A stretch of 64,000 bases of DNA. It comes from an uncultured Alphaproteobacteria bacterium. GTDB taxonomy: Bacteria > Pseudomonadota > Alphaproteobacteria > Acetobacterales > Acetobacteraceae. Location: positions 1,918 to 65,917 of the forward strand of contig CAWFUF010000029.1 in assembly GCA_963818775.1 (NCBI GenBank). The letters run 5' to 3'. A program made the position numbers and the translations under genes. Below the pieces are notes generated by a model. The model ran no database searches. It was not told the DNA's origin and was given only the letters and a program-made list of their open reading frames with translations. Below, piece by piece: positions 17,535-26,008 of the stretch. The stretch's first letter is position 1, and the number at the start of each line of letters is the position of its first letter.

Positions 17535-17870
17535 ATGCTGCGATCGGCAAAGACGTTACTACCAATAATTGCAAACACACGCGCTTTACTACCAAAGCCC
17601 AGTATTATGTCGTTTCTGTCTGTCATCGCCTTGCTCCCGAGCACGACCTGGGCGGGACCTTCTGTGGACATCGAGACAGACAAAGTGCGCGGCAGACAGA
17701 GTGTCGAGCAAAGGATCCTCGATGAACCCGCCCGGATAATCGAGCAGATGAAGGGCTCTGTTTGCGGAACCGGTCCGTTCTACGCGGGAAACGTGGATGA
17801 CCCCATCTATGTGACGCCTCTCATGCACCCGACCTGCACCATCACAGCAACTCCGCCGGCCCAGCGCTGA
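17535..17870 (+). CDS. hypothetical secreted protein (weak call)
   Basis: ORF in a visibly lower-G+C patch. Possible signal LSVIALLPSTTWA|GPS. No domain recognised and the start is uncertain. Confidence 0.3.
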   Translation: MLRSAKTLLPIIANTRALLPKPSIMSFLSVIALLPSTTWAGPSVDIETDKVRGRQSVEQRILDEPARIIEQMKGSVCGTGPFYAGNVDDPIYVTPLMHPTCTITATPPAQR

Positions 17871-18023
17871 GCACAGCCAAATGTCATAGGGTCGTTCGCA
17901 CAAAATCTCGGCGTTAGATACCAATCCTGCTCAGCCCTGAGCATTTATGGCGCTAACGACGCCGCAGTTCTCACCCAGGTTTGCTGTTCGGCCCGGGCTG
18001 CCGGAAGCGTAGTCTCGCCGCCA

Positions 18024-19081
18024 ATGCTGAGTGTCCTCTTGCACAAGGCCAGGCAGCCACCTGAGCTCGCCTCCGGTCCGGGTGAGTTCGACGGCGCGCG
18101 CCGAGACACCGCTGCGCCCGGGACGGAAGAGCTGGCGCGCGAGGCAGTGGAGGCCGGCATCCGGCGCTATTGCGCGACCCGCCGCGAGCGAATTCCAGAG
18201 TTCGTCGACCGGAATTTCTCGCTGCGAGCGGCGGTGCGACTGCATCGTGCCGCCTTCGGCTGGGACATGCTCCGCGCGCCGGTCAACCTCACCATGGCGG
18301 CGCCGGCCGCGGCGCTGCACACGGCCGCGGCTGGCGCGCGAAGGTTCGGCGCGGAACGCGTAGCAAACACGCTCGGCCGAAGACGATTGCTGTTGAGCAC
18401 CTCCGTGGCAGATCGCGTCGAGTGGCTGGTCTGCACGGATCTGTTGGAGTTGCCCTGCCAGGCGGGTGACCGCGTCAGTACGCGCGACGCCCTGGCCGAA
18501 ACGATATTGACCGACCCGCGAGTAATCACCGCATTGCGCGCCATGCTGACGTCCCTCGGCCTCAAGGACGATGATCCGCTGCGCCCCCAGGCGCTCGAGC
18601 GCACCCTGGCAGAATATGCCGTCACGCGTGGCACGGCGGCCGAGATCACCACCGGCCTGATGACGCTCAGCGCAGGTGCGCTGACGCTCGGCAAGCTGAC
18701 CCCGGGCGCCGTGTCGTTCGGACCGATGCTGGCCTCGATCGTGGCGCAGCAGGCGGCCATATCGTCATTTCCGCTGGGCGGGGGTTCGGCACCCTCTGGT
18801 ATGCGTTGTTTCCAGTTGTGCCATCGACACCGCTGCTGCTCAGCCTCTGCGGCGGGTTGCTGGCGATCGGTTCCGTACTATCGGCGTTCGCAGGCATTGT
18901 CGCCGATCCTGTGCAGCGTCGGCTTGGTCTGCATCAACGGCGGCTGCGGCGGATGGTCGATGCGATGGAGCGACAGATGCTGGATCCCGCATCACCCAGC
19001 TACGCGGTGCGCGACCGTTATGTCGCGCGCCTGCTCGATGTGTTCGATCTGGTCACCGCGGCATACCGGCTCACGCGTTAA
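18024..19081 (+). pseudogene. conserved hypothetical membrane protein, frameshifted at a G-run (or sequencing error)
   Basis: Frame 0 reads sensibly to ...AAISSFPLGG at about 18780 and then turns Cys/Arg/Ser-rich. A different frame continues sensibly (GFGTLWYALFPVVPSTPLLLSLCGGLLAIGSVLSAFAGIV...AAYRLTR*) to 19081. The switch lies in GGGCGGGGG (18776-18784). Confidence 0.55.
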
Positions 19082-19093
19082 GCGGTTCGCCGC

Positions 19094-19843
19094 TCATCCG
19101 AACAGCAGGTGCGGGACCGAGGCGGCGAGCAGCACCACCCCGGAAAGACTCAGCAGTGCGAGGATCAGCCGGCGGAATCCAGCCTCGCTGAACCGTGCGT
19201 AAAGCTCGACACCGATCAACGTCGGCACCACCATCGCCGGAGCGACGATTGCGAACAGCCCGACCGTTTGGCGGGTAATGAGGCCGCTCGTGGCATAGAT
19301 CGCCAGGGTCAACGCCTGCATGCACAGGCTGAAGGTCTGGAACACCGCCCTTTGCTCATCTCTGCTCCAGCCGCGCAGCGAGCACCACAGCGTCGGCGCC
19401 GGTCCATTGAGACCGCCGAGACCTCCCATGACCCCACCGATCAGACCGACACCGCCGTCGGCCAGGCGACCGCCCACTGTTACCCGCGGCATGGCGCCGA
19501 TACACAGCATCAGTGGGCAGTACGCCACAAGCATGAGACCCACCGCCATTTTGAATACGGTCGGATCGATATATCGCAGCATCCACACGCCGATCGGTGT
19601 GCCTACACACCCGCCGAGCACAAAGGGCCAGAGGCGTTGTCCATCGAAACTGCGACGGAACGAGCCAAGCAAGAGCAGTTGGCCGACCAGTGAACCGAAA
19701 ACCACCAAGGGACCGGCAACCTGTGGTGCGACAACCCACACCCAGAAGGTCATGGCCACCAGGCCGAAGGCAAACCCCGAAAGCCCCTGCACGAAACCCG
19801 CGGCCAATGCGCCAAGCAGCACGTAAAGTGTCAGCGCGCTCAT
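19094..19843 (-). CDS. TauE/SafE-family (DUF81) anion exporter membrane protein
   Basis: 249 aa, polytopic and Gly-rich (GFVQGLSGFAFGLV, GGVMGGLGGLNGP). Confidence 0.85.
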   Translation of the reverse strand: MSALTLYVLLGALAAGFVQGLSGFAFGLVAMTFWVWVVAPQVAGPLVVFGSLVGQLLLLGSFRRSFDGQRLWPFVLGGCVGTPIGVWMLRYIDPTVFKMAVGLMLVAYCPLMLCIGAMPRVTVGGRLADGGVGLIGGVMGGLGGLNGPAPTLWCSLRGWSRDEQRAVFQTFSLCMQALTLAIYATSGLITRQTVGLFAIVAPAMVVPTLIGVELYARFSEAGFRRLILALLSLSGVVLLAASVPHLLFG

Positions 19844-19947
19844 CTGCCCGACACGCTGCCTGCCTTTGCTGAGGCACCCAAGAAAATTCCGCGTGCGCCC
19901 AAATACTCCCCTCGCAGGACGTCGGCGCCACGCTCCTCGGATAGCCC

Positions 19948-20898
19948 TTATGCCTCGCCGGGTATCACCGACACTTCCAGCCTCTCCGCCCGCCGCAGCA
20001 GCGTCAGCGTCAATGCACGTCCAGCGCGCTCCGCCGTCAGCGAACGGTGCATGTCGTCCACCCCGGCGATCGGCTCGCCGTCTAGCGCCACCACCACGTC
20101 GCCGCGCTGCACGTCAGCCTCCGCGACCGGGCCGGCCGCCGCCACATCCAGCACCAGCATCCCGCTGGCCTGCGTCAGTCCATGGAACCGTCGGACGCGC
20201 GTGTCGATCGGCACGGTCTGCCCCGACAGTCCAAGGCGCGACCGCCTCACCCGCCCGTCGCGCATCAGCCGCGTCGCAACCCACACCGCGGTGTCGATGC
20301 CGATCGCGAAGCAAATGCCCTGCGCGGGCGCGATCGTCGCGGTATTGATGCCAACCACGCGGCCGGCGCCACTCACCAAGGGACCGCCGGAATTGCCCGG
20401 GTTGAGCGGTGCATCGGTCTGGATCACGCTCTCGATCATTCGCCCCGACGGCGTGCGCAGCGTGCGGCCGAGCGCGGAGACGATTCCGGCGGTGACGGTG
20501 CACTGGAAGCCGAGAGGATTGCCGATCGCCACCACGAGCTGCCCCACCCGCAGCGTCGCGGATTGACCCAGTTCGGCGTGGGGCAGGCCGCTGCCTGACA
20601 GGCGCAGCACCGCGGTGTCGGTGTCGACGTCCGATCCCACCAGCGTCGCATCCAGCGCCTGCCCATCGGTGAACGAGGCACGCAGGCGCGCCGCACCCGC
20701 CACGACATGCGCGTTGGTCAGCACGTAGCCGTCGGGGGTGAAGATCACGCCGGACCCCTGCCCCTTCGGCTTGCCATCCGCACCAAACGCGATGACATGC
20801 ACTACAGCGGGTCCGACGCGTTCGAACGCGTGCACGACCTGCGCGGAATAGGGATCGAGTTCGTCGAGCGGCGGCGCGCCAGTGGCATCGAGCGGCAT
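19948..20898 (-). CDS. HtrA/DegP-like S1C serine protease with PDZ domain (intact triad)
   Basis: TNAHVV (His), DTDTAVLRL (Asp) and NPGNSGGPLV (Ser), with a C-terminal PDZ-like GMLVLDVAAAGPVAEADVQRGDVVVALDG. Start set at ATG 20898 (AAGGAA RBS). No obvious signal peptide. Confidence 0.85.
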   Translation of the reverse strand: MPLDATGAPPLDELDPYSAQVVHAFERVGPAVVHVIAFGADGKPKGQGSGVIFTPDGYVLTNAHVVAGAARLRASFTDGQALDATLVGSDVDTDTAVLRLSGSGLPHAELGQSATLRVGQLVVAIGNPLGFQCTVTAGIVSALGRTLRTPSGRMIESVIQTDAPLNPGNSGGPLVSGAGRVVGINTATIAPAQGICFAIGIDTAVWVATRLMRDGRVRRSRLGLSGQTVPIDTRVRRFHGLTQASGMLVLDVAAAGPVAEADVQRGDVVVALDGEPIAGVDDMHRSLTAERAGRALTLTLLRRAERLEVSVIPGEA

Positions 20899-21047
20899 GG
20901 GAAGTTCCTTCGCGGCGCACCAAATGGGAGCGGAACGGCCGCGCGCCACCCTGGCCACGCGGCCGGGTGCAGCACCGGTCATCCGGCCGATGCCGCCGTC
21001 GCTCGGCATGGAGCAGTGTGCCGGCACAGGCACAGGAGTTTGCAGCC

Positions 21048-21938
21048 ATGACCATCGATCAACTCGAACAGTTCTCCGAAGCGCTGGCGGATCGTCTCGC
21101 CGCGGCCACCTTCGTCGTCACCATCCGCACCGGTCGCCGCGGGGCCAGCGGCATTCTATGGCGCGACGATGTGGTCGTGACATCGGAGCAGGTGCTGCCC
21201 GAGGGGACCGACTTTACCGTCGTCCGCGGCGGCACTGAAGCGCGCGCGCACCTGGCGGGACGCGATCCCGGCACCAACGTCGCCGTTTTGCGCCTGTCGC
21301 AGAAGCTGGACACGACGCTACCGACCGCCGCGCCCTCCCCTCGCCCCGGCTCGCTCGCCCTCATTGTCGGCGCCGACCACACCGGTGCTCCAACGGGTCG
21401 CCTCGGCATGGTGCATGCGACCGGACCGGAATGGCACAGCCAGGCCGGCGGTCGCATCGACACGCTGCTGCGGCTCGACGCGCGGCTCGGCGCCGACGAG
21501 GGCGGTGCAGTGCTGACGCTCGGTGGCAGGCTGATCGGCATGTCCACCGCCGGCCCCCGCCGCCGCGCGCTAGCCATTCCGGCCGCAACGATCGAGCGGG
21601 TGATCGACCCGCTGCTCACCAACGGCCGCATCGCGCGCGGCTGGCTCGGCGTTGGCCTGCAGCATGTGTTGGTGCCGGACCGCTTCCGCGAAGCGGCGGG
21701 CCGTGACGCCGGCATGATGGTGGTCGGCCTCGCCTCGGGCGCTCCAGCCGAGACAGCGGGCGTGCTGCCGGGCGACATCATCCTGGAGGTTGACGGCCGC
21801 CGCACCGGCCGCGCACGCGGCCTGGCGACAGCCCTGGCACCCGAGCGCATCGGCCAGCCCACGACGCTGAAGCTGCTGCGTGCCGGCGAGGTGCATCTCG
21901 TCACCGTGACGATCGGCGCGCGCCCCGCCAAGGCATGA
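21048..21938 (+). CDS. HtrA-like pseudoprotease with PDZ domain (triad positions read Gln/Asn/Glu)
   Basis: It aligns block-for-block with the neighbouring protease but reads TSEQVL, GTNVAVLRL and GADEGGAVL at the His/Asp/Ser positions. PDZ-like GMMVVGLASGAPAETAGVLPGDIILEVDG. AGGAG RBS. Confidence 0.8.
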   Translation: MTIDQLEQFSEALADRLAAATFVVTIRTGRRGASGILWRDDVVVTSEQVLPEGTDFTVVRGGTEARAHLAGRDPGTNVAVLRLSQKLDTTLPTAAPSPRPGSLALIVGADHTGAPTGRLGMVHATGPEWHSQAGGRIDTLLRLDARLGADEGGAVLTLGGRLIGMSTAGPRRRALAIPAATIERVIDPLLTNGRIARGWLGVGLQHVLVPDRFREAAGRDAGMMVVGLASGAPAETAGVLPGDIILEVDGRRTGRARGLATALAPERIGQPTTLKLLRAGEVHLVTVTIGARPAKA

Positions 21939-21963
21939 TGGCCGGATCAAGTCCGGCCATGAC
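21938..21963. repeat. REP2-family hairpin (ATGGCCGG-loop-CCGGCCATGAC)
   Basis: ATGGCCGGATCAAGTCCGGCCATGAC overlaps the stop codon of the pseudoprotease gene. Confidence 0.6.
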
Positions 21964-21996
21964 GGCCGGAGGTCGGGCGTGCGCCCGAAACCAGGC

Positions 21997-22539
21997 ATGA
22001 GCCAAGGCCTTCGCATCCTGCTGCGCGCCGACGATCCGGTGCGCCGGCAGGGCCTGGCCGCCATGTTGGAGGCGGCCGGGCACATGCTGGTAACCGACAC
22101 GCCCGATGTGATCCTGTGCGACCTGGCGCGAGATACCGAACCGCCCGCCGAGGCAGAGGCGCCCGTGGTCGTGCTGACCGACCACGCAACACCAACCGAC
22201 CCGCCCGCCGGCGTGCTGCCTCGCTTGGTTACCGCGGCGCAACTCGATCCCGCATTGCGCGCGGTCGCCGCCGGGCTGCTGGTGCGTGTGCCGGGCGGCA
22301 ATCCGCATGACGGCTTCGGCGCCGCCACGGACGAAGCATCGCCGCTGCTGACGCCGCGCGAGGCGGAGATCCTGACGCTCGTCGGTCAGGGCATGAGCAA
22401 CAAGGCGGTCGCACGCGCACTCGGAATCTCGGTGCACACGGTGAAGTTCCATCTCGAGGCGCTATTCGCCAAGCTGGAGGCAACCAGTCGCGCCGAAGCG
22501 GTGGCGAAAGGTCTGCGCGGTGGGGTGATCGAGCTGTAG
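21997..22539 (+). CDS. LuxR/NarL-type regulator with short, degenerate receiver-like N-terminus
   Basis: C-terminal LTPREAEILTLVGQGMSNKAVARALGISVHTVKFHLEALFAKL. N-terminal ILLRADD...DVILCDL...VVVLTD is about 100 aa and has no clear conserved Lys. Confidence 0.8.
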   Translation: MSQGLRILLRADDPVRRQGLAAMLEAAGHMLVTDTPDVILCDLARDTEPPAEAEAPVVVLTDHATPTDPPAGVLPRLVTAAQLDPALRAVAAGLLVRVPGGNPHDGFGAATDEASPLLTPREAEILTLVGQGMSNKAVARALGISVHTVKFHLEALFAKLEATSRAEAVAKGLRGGVIEL

Positions 22540-22572
22540 TGTTATGCCTGCCCGGTAATTACGACCAATACG

Positions 22573-22607
22573 GTCATGCCGTGGCTTGGCCACGGCATCC
22601 ACGTCTT
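22573..22607. repeat. REP2-family variant
   Basis: GTCATGCCGTGGCTTGGCCACGGCATCCACGTCTT: a hairpin plus the CCACGTCTT tail shared with the copies at 50084 and 59928. Confidence 0.55.
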
Positions 22608-22632
22608 TCTTCCCTGCCCGCGAAAAGGCCGT

Positions 22633-23346
22633 TCAGGCGGCCACATCATGTCCGAGCAACCAGGTAAAGGCGCGGCGCACAAAGGCCACTCCATCCCCCG
22701 TTGGCAGATCTCCATGCGCAATCAACACCCGCTCGATTGGCCAAGCGAGAATTTTGTCGAGTGAGACCCGCGCCGCGCGACGATCGAGAAAGCTCGCACG
22801 CCAATCACCCGGTGCGCCAGGATTGGGGGCGACGATTCCACCATGCCGAGCGAGGAAGCCGCGCCATCCTTTGAACCAGTCACGCGGAAAATTTTGGATC
22901 AGATCAGCGAACAGGGCCGTGCGGCTGCTACGGTGAAAGAACACGACCTCTGTCAGCGCAAAGCTTCCGTGCACGACGACCTGGTCGATGTCAGTCACCC
23001 AATCGGGCTCAGCCGCATCGCCAAGCTCGGCATCGAAGGTTAGGTCTTTGCGTTTGCGCCGCAGCCGCGGCGTAGCGTAGATGCGAGCCGCTGGAAACGC
23101 GGACTTCCACTCCCCAAGAAACAGATGATGCAATGCATTGGGTGAGACAAGGTGGCGTACCGACCCGAGTGCATCGACTGCAGCGCGAAGAGAATCAGAC
23201 AGCGCAACGGGCGACCAGACGAACAGGCTCCCGTCAGATAGCCTGATCACCGCCATCCGCGTTGGATAGGGAAAGCTATGAAACGACGTTACCGGACCGT
23301 CGGCTATCCATATTTCGGGCCCGAATTGCTGAAGCGGCTCACTCAT
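22633..23346 (-). CDS. DUF4336-like (MBL-fold-related) protein
   Basis: 237 aa: GPEIWIADGPVTSFHSFPYPTRMAVIRLSDGSLFVWSPV...HLVSPNALHHLF. Confidence 0.65.
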   Translation of the reverse strand: MSEPLQQFGPEIWIADGPVTSFHSFPYPTRMAVIRLSDGSLFVWSPVALSDSLRAAVDALGSVRHLVSPNALHHLFLGEWKSAFPAARIYATPRLRRKRKDLTFDAELGDAAEPDWVTDIDQVVVHGSFALTEVVFFHRSSRTALFADLIQNFPRDWFKGWRGFLARHGGIVAPNPGAPGDWRASFLDRRAARVSLDKILAWPIERVLIAHGDLPTGDGVAFVRRAFTWLLGHDVAA

Positions 23347-23398
23347 GCAATCAGCGCCCGTGTTGTCGATCCGAAATCTGCTGCGGAAGAAGGCCGGA

Positions 23399-24691
23399 TC
23401 ACTCCGGCTCGATGCGGATCAGCGTAGGCGCCTCGAGCACGGCATCCAGCCCAGCGATCCGTGCCAGCGCCTCACGCATGGCACTTTCCTGTGTCTCATG
23501 CGTCACCAGCACGACAGGCACCGCCTCGCCCGGCGAGCGGCCGCGCTGAAGCATCGATTCGAGCGAAATGCGCTGATCACGCAGCACCGCGGTAACATCG
23601 GCGATGACACCCGGCCGATCCACCACCATCAGGCGCAGATAATAGGCACCGACATGCGCGCTCATCGGCACCGAAGGCGCGTTCGACAGCTCTGCCGATG
23701 CCGCACCCCAAACCGGGGTGAACCGATTGCGTGCGATGTCGATCAGGTCGGCCACAACGGCGGATGCGGTCGGCCCTGCGCCGGCGCCGCGGCCTTCCAG
23801 CATGACACGTCCCACGAAGTCGCCCTCTGCCACCACGGCGTTGAACACGCCATCCACGCGCGCGATCGGCGCGGAGTGCGGCACCATGCACGGATGGACA
23901 CGCGCCTCGATGCCGCCGTCGGTATGCCGCGCGATGCCGAGCAGTTTGATGCGATAGCCAAGCTCGGTCGCGAACGCGATGTCGAGCGCGGAAACCTTAC
24001 GAATGCCCTCGACATGCACCGCGTCGAACGCAACCGGCCGCCCGAACGCCAGCGCCGCCAGGATCGCCAGTTTGTGCGCCGCATCGATGCCGTCGATATC
24101 GAACGACGGATCGGCCTCGGCATAGCCGAGCTTCTGCGCATCGGCGAGCACCTCGGCAAATTCGCGACCGCGCTCGCGCATCTGCGTGAGGATGTAGTTG
24201 CAAGTGCCGTTCAGGATGCCGGCGATCCGCAGGATGCGGTTGGCGGCGAGCCCCTCACGCAGCGCCTTGATCACCGGGATGCCGCCCGCCACCGCGGCTT
24301 CGAACGCCAGCGGCACACCGCGCTCTTCCGCCATGGCCGCCAGTGAAGCCCCATGCACCGCCAGCATCGCCTTGTTGGCGGTCACCACCGGCTTGCCGGC
24401 CGTCAGCGCCGCCTGAACCAACGAGCGCGCAGGGCCGTCGGAGCCGCCGATCAGCTCTACCACGACCTCGACTGCCGGGTCCGCGGCGAGCGCCACCGGG
24501 TCCTCGTACCATCGCAGGCCCGACAGCGAGACGCCGCGGTCGCGCGTGCGGTCGCGGGCGGACACCGCAGTCACCGCGATCGGCCGTCCGGCGCGTGCAG
24601 TCACCACATCGGCGTTGTCGCGCAGCAGCTTGAGCACGCCGCTGCCGACGGTTCCCAGGCCGGCGACCGCAATGGAGAGTGGATGGGTCAT
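23399..24691 (-). CDS. hom: homoserine dehydrogenase
   Basis: IAVAGLGTVGSGV NAD-binding site, GILNGTCNYIL, and a C-terminal ACT-like YYLRLMVVDRPGVIADVTAVL. Start set at the internal ATG (MTHPLSIAV). Confidence 0.9.
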   Translation of the reverse strand: MTHPLSIAVAGLGTVGSGVLKLLRDNADVVTARAGRPIAVTAVSARDRTRDRGVSLSGLRWYEDPVALAADPAVEVVVELIGGSDGPARSLVQAALTAGKPVVTANKAMLAVHGASLAAMAEERGVPLAFEAAVAGGIPVIKALREGLAANRILRIAGILNGTCNYILTQMRERGREFAEVLADAQKLGYAEADPSFDIDGIDAAHKLAILAALAFGRPVAFDAVHVEGIRKVSALDIAFATELGYRIKLLGIARHTDGGIEARVHPCMVPHSAPIARVDGVFNAVVAEGDFVGRVMLEGRGAGAGPTASAVVADLIDIARNRFTPVWGAASAELSNAPSVPMSAHVGAYYLRLMVVDRPGVIADVTAVLRDQRISLESMLQRGRSPGEAVPVVLVTHETQESAMREALARIAGLDAVLEAPTLIRIEPE

Positions 24692-24819
24692 GGCAGTCGC
24701 TCTCCTCGGGTGGGGCAGAAGACGCCGAGGGCCGTCGAGCCGCAAGCCCATACAGCTTGCCCAGAAGGCTCGGGGGCGCCCAGCGTCCCAGGGCCTCAGA
24801 ACCGCGAGGTCGCTGAGTC

Positions 24820-25872
24820 CTAGCGCACCACGCGCAGCGCGGGGCGGACCCGGGCGGCCAGGCGGCGATATAGAGCGAGATAATCCTCGGCCATGCGCTC
24901 GGCGCTGAACCGCTGCTCGAAGCAGCGACGCACCCGAGCGCGGGACAGATCCGCAACCTGACGGATCGCCGCGACCCCCTCCGCCTCGTCTTCCACGATC
25001 AGCCCGGTGACGCCGTGCTCGATGATCTCCGGCACCGAGCCGCGGTTGAACGCGATTACCGGCGTGCCGCAGGCCATCGCCTCGATCATCACCAGCCCGA
25101 ACGGCTCCGGCCAGTCGATCGGCACCAGCAGCGCGATGGCGCCGCTGAGGAAGTCCGGCTTTTCCGCATCGCTGATCTCGCCAATCAATTCGACATTGCG
25201 ACCATCGATCATCGGCCGGATCGTATCGCGAAAATACGCTTCGTCGACGCGATCCACCTTGGCGGCGATCTTCAGCGGAATGCCGGCAGCACGCGCGATC
25301 CGGATCGCGCGATCGGGCCGCTTTTCCGGACAGATGCGACCGAGGAACGCCAGGTAGCTCGGGGTGACATTGCGTGGCCGCAACAGGTCCACGGGCAGCC
25401 CATGCTGCACGGTCGCGATGAAGTTGGAATCCGGCAAGGGAAGGCGCTGGGCGTCAGAGATCGATACCAGCGGAACGTTCGGGAAACACTCATAGACCGG
25501 CCGCAGTTCCGGCAGATCGAGCCGGCCGTGCAACGTGGTCAGGAATGGCGTGTCCTGCCGGCTGAATACCGAGAATGGCCAGTAATCGAGGTGGCAATGC
25601 AGCACATCGAACTCATCGGCGCGCTGACAGACCTGCTCCAGCATCAGCATGTGGGGGGCGATCGCATCCCGGATCGTGGCATCGAAGCGCAGCGCACAGG
25701 GCCACATCGGCGCAAGCTCCGCGCTCGTGCGTGAATCGCCGCTGGCGAATAAGGTCACGTCATGGCCCATGGCAACCAACTGCTCGGTCAGGAAGGAGAC
25801 GACGCGCTCGGTCCCGCCGTAAAGCCGGGGGGGTACTGACTCGGTCAGCGGTGCAATCTGGGCAATTCGCAT
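24820..25872 (-). CDS. GT4-family (group 1) glycosyltransferase
   Basis: MRIAQIAPLTESVPPRLYGGTERVV... and EPFGLVMIEAMACGTPVIAFNRGSVPEII (E-x7-E motif). Confidence 0.85.
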   Translation of the reverse strand: MRIAQIAPLTESVPPRLYGGTERVVSFLTEQLVAMGHDVTLFASGDSRTSAELAPMWPCALRFDATIRDAIAPHMLMLEQVCQRADEFDVLHCHLDYWPFSVFSRQDTPFLTTLHGRLDLPELRPVYECFPNVPLVSISDAQRLPLPDSNFIATVQHGLPVDLLRPRNVTPSYLAFLGRICPEKRPDRAIRIARAAGIPLKIAAKVDRVDEAYFRDTIRPMIDGRNVELIGEISDAEKPDFLSGAIALLVPIDWPEPFGLVMIEAMACGTPVIAFNRGSVPEIIEHGVTGLIVEDEAEGVAAIRQVADLSRARVRRCFEQRFSAERMAEDYLALYRRLAARVRPALRVVR

Positions 25873-26008
25873 GATCGTGAAGCCTCTCTTGGTGTAAGTC
25901 ACGCAACAGCGATCTCGCCGGAAGTTCGGGCTTTTCTGCGGCAGGAGTTGGCGCTGGCCGAGGCTCACGGCGAAGTTACCGGGAGCCAAGCATCGGCACG
26001 GTATCGTT

